64,000 nucleotides of DNA. Origin: Chiloscyllium plagiosum. Its lineage: Eukaryota. Location of the stretch: positions 1,984,029 to 2,048,028 of the forward strand of contig NC_057758.1 of the NCBI RefSeq assembly GCF_004010195.1, given 5' to 3'. How positions within the stretch are numbered: the stretch's first letter is position 1; the number at the start of each line of letters is the position of its first letter. The notes beneath the pieces are model-generated. The model saw nothing but the letters and a program-made list of their open reading frames with translations, was not told the origin of the DNA and ran no database searches. The translations under genes were made by a program, and so were the position numbers. Of the stretch, positions 49,371-62,189 are shown piece after piece.

Positions 49371-50699
49371 GAACCTTTATTATTCTTTTTCTCAGCCTCA
49401 GAAAAAAAACTCGTAACATTGATTTGTTGCCCGCCCTGCTTTGTTATGTGAAAAACAGAGGTTGTACTTTAGTCGATGAGTACAGGTATTGGTGAGCTGA
49501 AAAAGTCAGTTCTCAGCAATTGCACCTTCTGTTGAACGTTATTGCATTTTACCTGTTGATGTTTCCTCAGTGATGGAGTAAGTGGAAAACATTCTCAAGG
49601 CTAGGGGCAGTATCAGATATTCCTTTCTCCAAACTAATAGGAAGAAATTCACTTGTCCCAGTATCATTGATACAAATCAATTTCTTTCTTTGTAATTCAG
49701 GACCGGAATATTTGTCATATGAAGCTCGATTGAGACGCATTACCCAGTACTGTTTATGTTTACAATAATGAGTGTACATCAAAATGCACTGGAAAAGATG
49801 AGAAAGGGGGAATTGATAAACTAGATATATGGCGACAATGTTTCCTCGTTTGGGGCAATCTAGAATAAGTGGTTGTAGTTTTAGAATAATGATCATCAGA
49901 TTTTAAACAGAAGTAAAATGACTTAGTTCTTTTGGAGTTTTGTGAATATGTGGCATTCATTGCCCCAGACTGCATTAGATGTCAGGGCATTGAGGAACTT
50001 GAAGGAGGAGACAGATTTTAAATTGGTAATTAATTGAAATCTTATAGAGCATGAGGAAGAATTTGATGTGATGTCAGTTTTGATCGTTTCACACGGCAGA
50101 TCAGGCTTGCGTGGCTGAAATACCGATTCCTGCTCCTGGATCTAATCTGCTTACATCGATTCTGCAGGTGGCATTGACGGAATTATAATGGGTCACTTCG
50201 AATCGGGGGCATTGACCGCATGGAGCAGGGATGAGTGTAATTGACCTGGAATACGAAGGATAGAACAGTATTTTATTGAATGTGGTGAAAACAAAATAAT
50301 TGGTAAACAACTGTAAGGTTTAATGTTCATTGGCAATCACTCGCTAATAAGTATGATTGTCCACCACAGAAGTTCCAAAACACTGACCATGCATTTTGTG
50401 AGTACTGGCGTGGCTGATGAATACAATCCTAAAGCCACATACCAGAATGCAGAAAGGAATCGAATTTCTGGCAAGTGATCGTGGCTTCGAATTTGTGTAG
50501 AATCAAGATTAAGGATGTGAGAATTTGTAATATATTGAACGTAAACAAAAGTGTGGATGCATATTTATATACTTAGCTTATTCAACAGCTTATTTGATTC
50601 CTCTTGGTCCATCTCGGGCTGTTCAATCGAAGTCGATCAATTCTGCTGATATGGAATGCTGTTAAAAGTGAACGGTTGAGGCGTTTAGAGGTACGATCT

Positions 50700-50862
50700 A
50701 TTAGGTTAGATTAGATTACTTACAGTGTGGAAACAGGCCCGTTGGCCCAACAAGTCCACACCGCCCCGCCGAAGTGCAACCCACCCATACCCCTACATTT
50801 ACCCCTTACCTAACACTACAGGCAATTTAGCAGTGCTAACCACTGTGCCACCGTGCCGCCCA
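50700..50862 (-). mobile_element. HE1-type SINE with internal deletion
   Basis: Nearly identical to 28798-29109 but joins tttagca directly to gtgctaacc. Confidence 0.92.
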
Positions 50863-51344
50863 CCAAACAGACAGCAAACAGACTGACCATAATCTATCTT
50901 CGTCTCTCACAAACACAAACATCGAAGTCGACATTATCCACTCACCTGCTGCACTCATCCCATGCTGTCTTTCAAAATTGTGCGGTCCAATCAAAATTTC
51001 CTTCACAGACCTCCCGTTTAAACGGTTTGCAAAACTTTAGACAAGATCTGTACTTGAAAGTAATGACGCTGATGAGAGAATTAGTCAACTTTGTCAAAGC
51101 GCAAATATTCAGTTTCACGTCATTGTTACCGAAGTGACCCAGTTGAAGTTTTGCCAAATACACAAAAGCACAAATGCTGGACAAACTCAGCAGCTGAGAC
51201 AGCTTCTGTAGAGAGAGAAGGGGAGAGAGATAGAGAAAGAAGAAACTTACCGTTATGAAGAAGATGAAATTGCAAACACGAGAATGTACTGGATGGAGGC
51301 CATAAATCTCAGAAGCGAAATTCAATCTTTTATCGATTGTGTAC

Positions 51345-51652
51345 AGATTAAATTAAATTCCGTATAATGTGGAAGTAGGTTCTTCGGCCCAAGTTCAAAG
51401 CAACCCTCCGAAGAGTAAATCACCCAGACCCACTTCTCTATGACTAATGAATTTAACACGATGGGCAATTTAGCATGCCTATATCACCTGACCTGCACAT
51501 CTTTTTGATTGTGGGAGGAAAGCAGAGCACTCAGAGAAAACCCACACAGACACAGGGTGAATGGACAAATTCCACACAGAGTCGCCTGAGGCAGGAACCG
51601 AACGCAAATCCTGTGAGGCTGCAGTGTTAACCACTGAGCACCGTGCTGCCAC
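51345..51652 (-). mobile_element. HE1-type SINE
   Basis: Colinear with 21306-21606. Confidence 0.88.
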
Positions 51653-52024
51653 AACAGTGCTTATGATAAGACACTTGTGCAATCTAAAAAGAGTTGATTA
51701 TTCTTTTTGGAGATATTATCAATTCAGTTGGCTCTTTGTGACGATATCTTACGGCTCAGCAGATGTTTGATGCTAAGAATTTATACAAAAACAGCATGCT
51801 GTCGCCTCTCTTTAGACTGTTACATTAATTTTATTTTTATCCAGCAGTGGACATATTAACTGTGCAATCATCACACAGAAAATTGACTGGACCTCAGTAA
51901 ATAAGCACTGCAAGTAAGCTACTTTTGCAAATCCTGCATTCCTTTGACATGTTATTCTATGAAAAGCTTTCATATTTACTTCAATTCTTTGAGTTTTACT
52001 ACCACATGGGTCTGCAGAATGCTA

Positions 52025-52625
52025 GGAGAAAGTGAGGACTGCCGATGTTGGAGGTCAGAGTCAGAAAGTGTGAGGTTAGAAATACACAGCAGGTCAGGCA
52101 ACATCCAAGGATGAGGAGAATCGACTTTTTATGCATAAGCTCTTCATCAAGACTGTGGGGTGATAGCGGACTGCTGTGTGTGTGTGTGGGACTGGGGGGA
52201 GAAGAGGTAGTTCGCAAGGCGACAGATGGACGGAGGTTGGGGTTGATTGTGATAGTTCGTAAGGGAGGTTGGATAGGAAAGGTGGGAAGGAAGATGAACA
52301 GTTCAGACACTTCTACAGTACGGTCGTGATTTGGTGCAATGGATCTGGGACGAGGTTAGGTAAACTGTGTTGAAATGTCCTGCCTTTCTTTCATACTTCC
52401 CACCTACCGCTTCATCATCCCTTTTGACCGACCACTATCATCCTCACCTCCATATACCTATCACCTTCTCAGCCATATTTCCCCTATTTCCACGCACTCT
52501 CCTGCTTAAATCTCAACCTTCTTTCACCCTCACAATACTGATAAAGTACCTCTCCCTGAAATGTCGATTCTCCTGCTCCTCGGATGCTGCCTGACCTGCT
52601 GAGCTTTTCCAGCGCCACGCTCTTC
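52025..52625. mobile_element. Inverted pair of Penelope-type terminal repeats
   Basis: 52070-52365 (minus) is roughly complementary to 52370-52620 (plus), e.g. cagcaggtcaggcaacatcc...ggagaatcgac vs gtcgattctcc...ggatgctgcctgacctgctg. Confidence 0.8.
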
Positions 52626-53621
52626 GGCCTGCACAGGGCTCATAACTTATGAAGTGGCTAATTCTGGTGCCCTGCTCTTGAAATGTTTCCACCTTCTCTC
52701 AGGATTTGTGTCTGGTCCATGCTTCGTATTCGATTTGATTAACTATCTCCAAAGTCAAATCCTCATCCAGCAGTATAAATCTGATCAAGATGCATATCTA
52801 ACTTCATTCATATGTAAATAAATTCGCAAAGCAAAATTACACTATTACATTTTTCTACTGATCTATATACGTCTTTAAATGTATTATCTCCTGAATTGTT
52901 TGTTGCTGAACCCCTCTGTTAAATGACACTACTCAAAGTATTTTCTTTGTTTTTGGAGTGAAGCAATTCTCAACTCCTGTAGAACTCCATCAGTCATATC
53001 ACTATTCTGTTTTATATTTGGTAATTTAAAATGTATTCCAATATTCTTCAAGTTAAGTTTGTGCTCTGGCTTTTCAACTGAATGTATGATTTTGAAATAA
53101 TTCTTCAACTTCAAAATTGTTTACTGCAGCACTTAATACTCTGTGTTCGTGTTTTGGATTTTCTGATATTTTAAGCAAGCATCACTGATTAGATTAATGC
53201 TTTTGGACTTTGCCTTCTATAATGTTCATGTTGACCTCTCGAGCCTCAATGCATGTTCCACAATGTTTATGATGTCGTGGCATTGATACACGTTAATTTT
53301 CCTTTATTTTGCAATGTCAGCCGTGCACCATCTGTCCCGACTTCAATGTTATAATCTCTGATAGTAAAATGCCAGCGTGCCGTGTCTTTTCAAAGAGAAA
53401 TATTTGCACATTTTTGATAAAACGTTTTGCTTTACTCGTCCCTTGCTTGCAGAAACCTTTACATTGTTTAACTCATCTCATGAATTGTCACCTCCCAGCT
53501 GAATGTTGATTTGGAATTGCCACAGGTGATGCGAAAGACGCATATAATCTGTATTTGTACGACATACAAACACTCATAAATCTGTACATGATCTCGCACA
53601 TGTGTTAACTTAAAATACCCT

Positions 53622-53975
53622 AGGTATACAATATTTTGAGAGGAATAGAAAGAGTCAATAGCCAGAGGCTTTTCCTCAGGATAGGATTAACGGGGACGGG
53701 GGTTCATAGTTATAAGATATTAGGGGAAAGATATAGAGGAGGCGTCAGAGGTAGTTCTTTACGCAGAGAGTTGTGATTGCATGGAATGCGTTGCCAGTGG
53801 TGGTGGTGGAAGCAAAGCCATTAGGGACATTTAAACGACAGCAGGATAGGCACATGGACAACAGTGAGTTGAGGGGTGCCTAGTTTAAGTTATTTTATTT
53901 TACATTCGGATTAAACCTCGGCACACATCGTGGGCCAGAAGGCCTGTTCTGTGCTGTAATTTTCAATGTTCTATA
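53622..53975 (+). mobile_element. CR1 LINE 3' tail fragment (same subfamily as 1625-1985)
   Basis: Long high-identity match (agagtcaatagccagag...ggattaaacctcggcac). Confidence 0.92.
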
Positions 53976-54254
53976 TGAACAATTCTTGTACAAACGACTC
54001 TTTTTCATTATCGCATGTTCTGGTTTGCGTACCAATCGATTTGCGAACGGATTCTGTCATAAATACGATTCACAACCCAGGGACTACCTGAAACTAATTG
54101 CATGATAGGAATAAACACAATTTGTACGACCTAATTAGAGTCAGTGCTAAGACTTACAGCAGACAAAACCCGATGTCTGGCCTCTCTCCCGAAGTTTGTC
54201 TCAGTGTAGATTACTGCCTTGTGCCAACCATGATCACAACCATGGTCATGCTCT

Positions 54255-54360
54255 CTAATATGCTTGATGAAGGGCTTTTGCAAAAAACCTCGATTCTTCT
54301 ACTCCTCGGATGCTACCTAGCATGTTGTGCTTTTCCACACCACACTCTCAACTAAAGTTT
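54255..54360 (+). mobile_element. Penelope-type terminal fragment with decayed hammerhead core
   Basis: ttgatgaagggcttttgcaaaaaacctcgattc...ctcctcggatgct...gcttttcca. Confidence 0.65.
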
Positions 54361-54584
54361 AAGCATGCACGGAACAAAAGAGGAAGAATCACTTCATCTC
54401 CGCTTGGTGTAAGTTGGAATATTTCTTGCTGAATTCCCAAACAAGATTTGCCTGGAAATGTGAACATTCAGTTATAATGAAGAGACAGACTATGTAATGT
54501 GATCAGCTTCATTTACTGAGATCTCATTATAGAGTTAATCTGTAGAGTTGTTTCAGCTCTATGGAAGTGCAGCCTGCCAATAGC

Positions 54585-54740
54585 AACCACCTTGTTGTGT
54601 TATCGCTCGACAATTAATCCAGAGACTCAGGTAATGTTCTGGAAACCCCGGTGCGAATCGCCAGAATGGCTGATGGTGGAAAATTGAATTCAATAAAAAT
54701 CTGGGATTAAGAATTAACCAGTGACCATGAAACCATGAAT
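54585..54740 (+). mobile_element. tRNA-like head fragment of the 5636-8808 LINE/SINE family
   Basis: Matches 5650-5785 (ttaatcc.ga.ac.cag...ttgaattcaataaaaa...tgaccatgaaac). Confidence 0.7.
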
Positions 54741-54861
54741 AAGTGTAGGAAATGAAAGAGAACAAGTAAAACTGTCTTATAAAGTAAGAGTTGCACGGTC
54801 TACAATGGAGCAACACCTACTGCATGTTTGCCGACAAGTGAAACTGTACCTTGGCTCAGAA

Positions 54862-55180
54862 GTTAGCTTAGATTCCCAACAGTTTGGAAACAGGCCCTTT
54901 GAGCCAACAAGCCCACACCAACCCTCTGAACAGTAACCCACCCAGACTCATTTCCCTCTCACGACGATACCTAACACTATGGGAAGTTTAGCATGGCCAA
55001 CTCACCTGACCTGCACATCTTTGGACTGTGAGATCAAACCAGACCACCTGGAAGAATCCCACACAGACACAGCGAGAATGCGCAAACTCCACAGAGACAG
55101 TCACTTGAGCTTATAAGCAAACCTTGGCGCTGGGAGGCAGTAGTGCTAACCTCTGAGCCACAATGCTGCCCCACCGCCGA
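54862..55180 (-). mobile_element. HE1-type SINE
   Basis: Colinear with 21306-21606. Confidence 0.88.
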
Positions 55181-55710
55181 TCCTTCATTGATGACCTCAT
55201 TAATAAAAAAAACACTCTTACAGTCGAACAACACGTTACTTTAAGTTTAAGTTTAACGAATTGATTAAATAAAGAAACTGCCATGAATTACCCTTACTGA
55301 AACACTAACTCAGGAAAAATGGATATGGTGAGAATGTGTATCTTTAAGGGATACATAGAGCACGGGAACAATGACAAACCCATTTAAAAATATTTCGAAA
55401 TCAGTGATTGGAAAATAAACAGAAGCATGGGCGCATTATTGTACATTAGCTCAGGACACTTTATTTTAATAAACCTATTTCCGAAGTGTAAATAAGAATT
55501 CTTACGTTCTTATTTTTCATTAGTTATTGCAACAGCTTCTTATTAATGGAATATAGGAGGTGGACAGCTTTGAATGTGGTGCCATAATTTAAACCAATGT
55601 AATATTGTTTAGTGGGACTTACTTTCAGTTTTCAAAAAGTATTCATGCATACCATCCAGTTTTTCCTATCGTATGATAAACTAATTCCCTGCCTATTTTT
55701 CTTCTTTAAG

Positions 55711-56609
55711 CGAACGTCATCACCATGGTGATATTTTCCCGGGGTGAGTGTGGCCTTTCCAAGTGCGTTACCCGTTACCTGGTGGCCATGGCAGCAGCAG
55801 ATCTGCTCGTCATTATCATCGACCTTGTAATGCGACATATCCCAATTGTTTACCGGAAGCAATTCTTTTTCCTGAGGGACGTCCGCGTGTGTAATATCCA
55901 CGCTGTCCTGCTTTATGCAGCCACTGACTGCTCTGTCTGGTTCACCGTTGCTTTTACCTTTGATCGATTTGTGGCCATTTGTTGCCAGAAGCTGAAAAGC
56001 AAATATTGCAGTGAGAAAACTTCAGCTGTGGTTCTGGGAACGGTGACTGTGCTGAGCTGCTTGAAGAATGTTTTTTGGTATTTCATGTTAACTGATCAAT
56101 ACTTGATTAAGAACAACCCTTGGTTTTGTGGAATAACAAAGCATGTTCTGTTATCCAAGGTTTGGAGTTCAATTGAACTTGTTCATCACATTCTAACGCC
56201 TGGCATTGCGTTCATCCTGATTCTGATGCTAAACGTTTTATCAGTTAAACACATCATTATGGCTAACGGAGTTCGTAGGAGATTACAGATTTGCAGCAGT
56301 GTGGAGCGTCGCAGAGAACCAGAAATAGAAACCCGAAGGAAATCCATTATTTTGTTATTTCTGATCTCAGGGAATTTCATCCTGCTCTGGTCAACATCGA
56401 TGGTGTATTTCAGCTGGTACCGAATGTTCCGTTTGGGATACAGGTCTCTATACCTGCACCGTTTTGTACGTGAAATGGGCATCATGATGCAGCTCATGAG
56501 TTGCTGCACTAATACCTGTATTTACGCCGTGAGCCAGAGAAAGTTCAAAGAGCAGCTGAAGATATTGATGACTTATCCCATCATGCAAATGCGTGAATGT
56601 GATAAGTGA
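55711..56609 (+). CDS. gpr139-like: GPR139/GPR142-like orphan GPCR, coding exon 2 (TM1 C-half to TM7 and stop)
   Basis: Branch-like CTAAT at 55681, polypyrimidine tract and AG at 55709-55710. Open frame ANVITMVIFSRG..YLVAMAAADLLVII (TM2), VC (TM3 Cys), SVWFTVAFTFDRFVAIC, WFC (ECL2), RRKSIILL..S..FILLW, NTCIY, ending in TGA at 56607-56609. Spliced product 345 aa. Confidence 0.93.
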
Positions 56610-57318
56610 TGAGAAACAGGGAGTAATATCCAGCCCGGAGATACAACTCTCTCATATACTCAGTAAGAAATAACATCAGCAATTTGGCAGGCATTCACCT
56701 CATCACTTCACCCAAAATTCCATGAAATCCCACACCTCCTGCACCCCTTAGTCCCCACTGTCACGTACAACAAGAAAAATCTGTGCTCAGTGTCCTGTCA
56801 TTCAACACTTCCCCACTTTTGAAAACTCGCTGCGTGAAAATATATTTTCATAATCTTCCATCAGTCAACAGTCTGTCCATAATATCTGGAACAAATATAA
56901 CCCCTCCCTCCCAGCTTGACCAACGTAAGCTCCAGATCGCTTGGGTGAAAGCCGATCTCTTATTGCTACAGTTGCCCTGTGCTATTTCAAAATGCTAAGA
57001 AATCGGAGCAGCAATAGTCTGTTTGACCTCCGAATCTTTTCTATCACGCAATAGTATTGTGACTGAATCAGCATTGCACACATCCATAGTCCTGCCATAT
57101 TCTCCGGAACTCTTCACTTCCCTACTGATGAAGTTTCTTTTTGGTTCCTGACAGCTGTGCATTCCCAGAACCATGCTGTCTTTATTTTGTTGACAATAGT
57201 GCCATCAGCTCCCCTTCCCACCATCCGTGACCCCCATCCGCAACTGCTGGTGTTCTGCCAGTGCGTTGACACTGATATCTGAGTGGGAACATTTACAGTG
57301 AAGTACGAATTTGTGTGA

Positions 57319-57554
57319 ATTAGATTAGATTACTTACAGTGTTACCCTTTGGCCCAACAAGTCCACACCGATCCACGTTTACCGCTGCACCTAACACTAC
57401 GGGCAATTCACCTAACCTGCACAATTTAGGACTGTCGGAGGAAACCGGAGCAACCGGAGGAAACCCACGCGAACTCCACACAGTCAGTCGCCCGAGGCGG
57501 GTCTCTGGCGCTGTGAGGCAGCAGTGCTAACCACTGTGCCACTGTGCCACCCAC
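57319..57554 (-). mobile_element. HE1-type SINE with several internal deletions
   Basis: Blocks identical to 28798-29109 are separated by multiple short deletions. Confidence 0.88.
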
Positions 57555-58029
57555 ATGGTGATACTACCTCAGCTACAAGACCTCCTCCTTCTCTGTTGGT
57601 GCATTGCGATCTCTACAGGCAATTAGACACAGCTGAGAGGCATTGATCAATGCAGTGATTTTTATTTATGCATTTCAGAATGTGCGAAGTCAGAGGGTTT
57701 TAGCTCTGCTAAATTTGATTAAATGTGAACGGCAGCAATTACGTAGCATCAGAGTCAAAACGGGTATCACACTGAGAGTCATTCTCTTTTTATCACTTAG
57801 TACCTCAAGCAGCATTTTCCTATACACCAGTAGTTCCAAGTATTTTGAGTCTTGTCGTTGTCACGCTTGTTGTGCATCTTTCGACCGTTTTTGACAAAGT
57901 GCTCAGAAACGGGCACTGGAAATAAACAACAACGATTGCTCAATTCAAACGTACCCGAAACAAGGACCATGCAGACTTCAAGTGCAGCCAGTTCTCCCAT
58001 TATAAACTATGCGAGCATTGTAACAGCCA

Positions 58030-58510
58030 TCACCGTGGCTCTGCGGTTAGCAGTGCTGCCTCATAATGCCAGAGACACCAGCTTGAATCCAGCATCCAAG
58101 TGAAGTTTGATTAGATTAGATTAGATTGCCTACAGTGTGGAAACAGGCCCTTCGGCCCAACAGTCCACATTGACCCTCCGAAGACTAACCCACACACATC
58201 CATTTCCCTGTGACTAATGCACCTAACGTTATGCGCAATTTAGCATGACCAATTCACCTGAACTGCCCAATCTCCCCGCTTCTGTGCAAGTCTGCTGCAG
58301 TTTCCTCCCATAATTCAAAGATTCATAAGTTAGTTGAATTGGCTATTGAATTATTGACGCAAATCTAAACCCATTTGAATTGTGTTTAGGGATGTGTCCG
58401 TTAAGTGCATTTATCAGGGGTCAATATAGAGTGATACGGTAGGGCATGAGTGTCAGGGTGGACTCGTTGGGCCAAATGGCCTGCTTCAATACTCTAGGGA
58501 TTATATTCTA
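58030..58510 (+). mobile_element. Diverged HE1-type SINE containing a nested antisense SINE fragment (~58108-58265)
   Basis: Head gtggctctgcggttagcagtgctgcctca, tail gttgggccaaatggcctg, internal (GATTA)n-acagtgtggaaacaggccc. Confidence 0.8.
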
Positions 58511-59271
58511 TGCAAGTTGCATGGAAGGCAGCTATTTGGGATGTGAGAGTAACACAAGTAAACGAAATCAATTTAATTTTAAAAAGGTCCAGTGGGCTGC
58601 ACTGCAGCAAAGTAAAGAGATACCGCTGATAATTTGATACTGCTTAACACAGTTAGATGGGCGAACAAAACGTTTCTCCAGGTGGGCGGTAAAGATGTGG
58701 AGAGGTTGCAGAAGATGACTCTGCTGAAGACGACAGTTTAGTTTACATTTAACTGGGACATGACTACGACTGGTGAGTGGTTTCAAGTCACATGGTGGGC
58801 ATGAAGTTCAGACTGGAGGAACACAACTTTTATAAACAGTGGACGGATTTACAACAAGAGAAGGCAAAGGGCGTGAATTGCCTAACTGTACGTGCTGAGG
58901 CTGGATCATTAAATAAACATGCTGTAATTTTCAACAGTGTTTGATAACGCCCATAATTAATGCACATTAGGATCATTTGATTAATATTTCTGGTCACAGT
59001 TAGCCACAGTTAATGTGATTGTTGCCAAAGCTTGTGGGAATGTGGGATAGGCTCCAGCTCGTCCCCTTAATGCCTCTGTGGATGCAGAGGGATATATGAA
59101 CCTTCAATAAAGTTTCTTGTACTCACTCTTCCTCCAGCAGTGATGGGCTGCATCAGCACCAGCATCACAAAAGAGGATAAAATGAGATTTATTCATTCTC
59201 CACTGACGTCCTCACTAATACAACGTGCTGGAGAGAAGACAGAAAATCTTTATAAGCTATGATCAATAGTC

Positions 59272-59412
59272 CCACGCACACATAGAGACGCACAGAGAAG
59301 CAGACGCATGAATGTTCACACAGACAGGCAGACACCCACCCACACACACAGACGCGCACATGCATGCACATACACATGTGCACGCATGCGCGCACACACA
59401 CACACACACACA
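59272..59412. repeat. (CA)n-rich microsatellite
   Basis: Visible CA repeats. Confidence 0.9.
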
Positions 59413-60113
59413 TATTTTCTCCCTAGATTCGTTAATGATGCAGTTGACTCTTTGAGACCAACAATAATAAGGATCAAAGCGTACATTTGTTCACCAGTGA
59501 TGTTTTTATTCAACTAAAAGTAAAATGATCTTGATCAAGATGGAACTCTGCATTTTTCAAATATATTCTACACTATGTTGTCCAATCACTCCACAGAACA
59601 AAAGGGCTACTTGCACCATCGTAGCTCTGCTTACTCTTTGAAAAATTATCTGAAATTGTCGACACAAGCCCATTCATTTTCTGTTTGTTATCATCCCTGT
59701 AAATTAGGTGGATAATTCCTTTATTTAAAAGTTACTGTTGGATCATTTTCGTTGTCATTCGACGTATCATATTCCAGATGAACACAAGCGTCTATGAGCC
59801 TAGTTCGGGAAAGTGGGATTCTGTACTTTTGATGGTACGAACTTGATGCATGGATGAACAGTATGATTCTTTGATTCCACATATCAAATTATATTTTCCT
59901 CACCTACTGTCCGGTTTTTTTCTTCAGTTATATCGTGTCTGTTTTTACTGGTTACCAAATCTCACAACCTCGAATAATTGTCCTGAACCTATCAGTGCCA
60001 GTGCCACGCAGCACAATGAGTGAACCCTCTGCATGAAACTGAGACTTCCTCCACACCAAAGTTTCAAGGTACCCATTCCCTTCGGTACGAACACTCGCAG
60101 GGGTAAGCATATG

Positions 60114-61068
60114 TTGAAAAATGAAAATTGGACTCTCCATCTCCTCACCCCAACCTGGCACAACTTGACATGTCTCTGCCTCAGGCTTCAGTGGAGAGTA
60201 GCCGACCAAAACACACTCGTTGATGCACAATCATGTTATTTAGCTCAATACATTCTAGGACCTTATTAAACCTCAGTCGGGTCCAAGAAGATCCCAAAGA
60301 ATTTTATTCATATATAAGCAGCAAAAAGGTAATTCGGGAAGGGGTTGGCCTACACAATGACGAAGGAGGAAAGGTATGCTCGGAGAAATTAGGTGAGATT
60401 CTTAATGAGTAGTTTGCATCAATATTCGCCAAGGAGAGGGACATGGCAGATATTAACGTGAGGGATAGATAATTGATGACTCGAGGTCAAGTCGGCACAA
60501 GGATGGAGGAAGGGTTGAGAATTCTAAAAGACATAAAGGTGGTCAAATCCTCAGGTCCTGATGGGATCTACCCCAGGTTATTGAAAGAATTGAGAGTGAA
60601 TAGCTTAGGAACAGCAGATATCTTTGCAGCATCATTTAACACGGAGGAGGTCCCAGAAGACTGGAGAATTGTTAATGCATTTTCCTTGTTTAACAAGATT
60701 TGCAGGAATATTCCAGGTAATTACAGACATGCAAACCTGACGTCAGTTGTAGGGAAGCTCCTGGAGAAGATACTGAGGGGTAGTATATACACCGATTTGG
60801 AAGAAAGTAATATTATCAGTAATAGGCAGCATGGCTTTGTGCAGGGAAGGTCACGTCTTACAAACCTAATATAATCATTTGAAGAAGTGAAAACTTAATT
60901 GAGGAGGGAAGAAATGTAGATGTCACATCAGGTTTTGATAAGGTTCCACCTGGTAGGCTGATGAAAAAGATGAAGTCGCATTGAAAAATGAAAATTGGAC
61001 TCTCCATCTCCTCACCCCAACCTGGCACAACTTGACATGTCTCTGCCTCAGGCTTCAGTGGTGAGTAG
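60114..61068. repeat. 88-bp dispersed duplication (60114-60201 copied to 60981-61068, one mismatch)
   Basis: ttgaaaaatgaaaattggactc...ggcttcagtgg(a/t)gagtag occurs twice. The second copy interrupts a CR1. Confidence 0.95.
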
Positions 61069-61922
61069 GGTGTTCTTGTAAGTTGGATAGAGAACTGCTT
61101 GGGCAACATGAGGCAGAGAGTAGTAGTGAAAGGGAGCTTCTCCAAATGGAGACTTTTGACCAGTGGTGTTATAAAGGGACCTGGGGCTGGGACCAATGTT
61201 AATTGTGAAATACATAAATGATTTGATGGAAGGTGTAGGTTGCCTCATTAACAAGTTTGCAGATGACACTAAGATTGGTGGATTTGCTGATAGTAAAGGG
61301 GATTGTCAGATGATGCAGCAGAATATAGATAGATTGGAAAGTTGGGCAGAGAAATGGCAGATGAAGTTCAATCTGAACAAATGCAAGTAAAAGCAAACGT
61401 CCTGGGGAAATTGATGTAGATACATATGCATGCTCAGGTCAAATGTTACCAGAACGTGGCAACGCAGGTTGGTAGAGTGATCAAGAAGACATACGGTATG
61501 CTTTCCTTCATTGGACGGGGCATTGAGTTCAAGAGTTGGCAGAACATCTTACAGTTGGTTCAATCACATTTGAAATACTGCGTACAGTTTTGGTTGCCAC
61601 ATTAACAAAAGGATATTTTGGGTGCATTTGAAGTTCAAAAGGATGTTGTCTGGTATGGAGGGTGCTAGTTATGAGGAGATTTGGATTACTTTCATTGCGA
61701 AGATGAAGGTTCAAAGGAGATCTATTTGAGGGCTACAAAATAATGAGAGGTGCAGACAAGGTGGATAGCAAGGAACGTTTTCCCAGAGTGGAGGACTCAA
61801 TTACTAGGGTTCACGAATTCAAAGTGAGAAGAGAAATGTTTTGGGGAAATATCCGTGGAAGATTCTTCACGCAGAGGATGGTGTGTGTCTGGAATGCGAT
61901 GCGAGGGACAGGAATGAGAGCG

Positions 61923-62189
61923 AAGAAAGTTAGGGCTGCAGATGCTGGAGATCAGAGCTGAAAATCTTCTTCCTGAACTCTCCACTCTGGCCTATCACCC
62001 TCACCTTAACCTCCTTCCACCTATCGCATTTCCAACGCCCCTCCCACACATCCCTCCTCCCTACCTTTCATCTTAGCCTGCTTGGCACACTTTCCTCATT
62101 CCTGAAGATGGGCTCATGCCCGAAACGTCGATTCTCTTGTTCCTTGGATGATGCCTGATCTGCTGCGCTTTTCCAGCAACACATTTTCA
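61923..62189 (+). mobile_element. 267-bp Penelope-type insertion with perfect 15-bp target-site duplication
   Basis: TSD acaggaatgagagcg at 61908-61922 and 62190-62204. The first ~43 bp are an inverted terminal segment. Confidence 0.9.
62097..62134 (+). ncRNA. Minimal type I hammerhead ribozyme-like motif, core intact
   Basis: attc-CTGAAGA-T-GGGC-tcat-GCCC-GAAAC-GTC-gatt (core 62102-62129). Confidence 0.65.

Noticed and set aside
55725..56609. Single-exon GPCR starting at ATG 55725
   Set aside because: It would lack the N-terminus and most of TM1. A canonical acceptor at 55710 and a phase-matched upstream exon explain it better.
56610..59110. Polyadenylation signal for the GPCR
   Set aside because: AATAAA hexamers at ~57920, ~58912 and ~59107 cannot be told from chance without transcript data.
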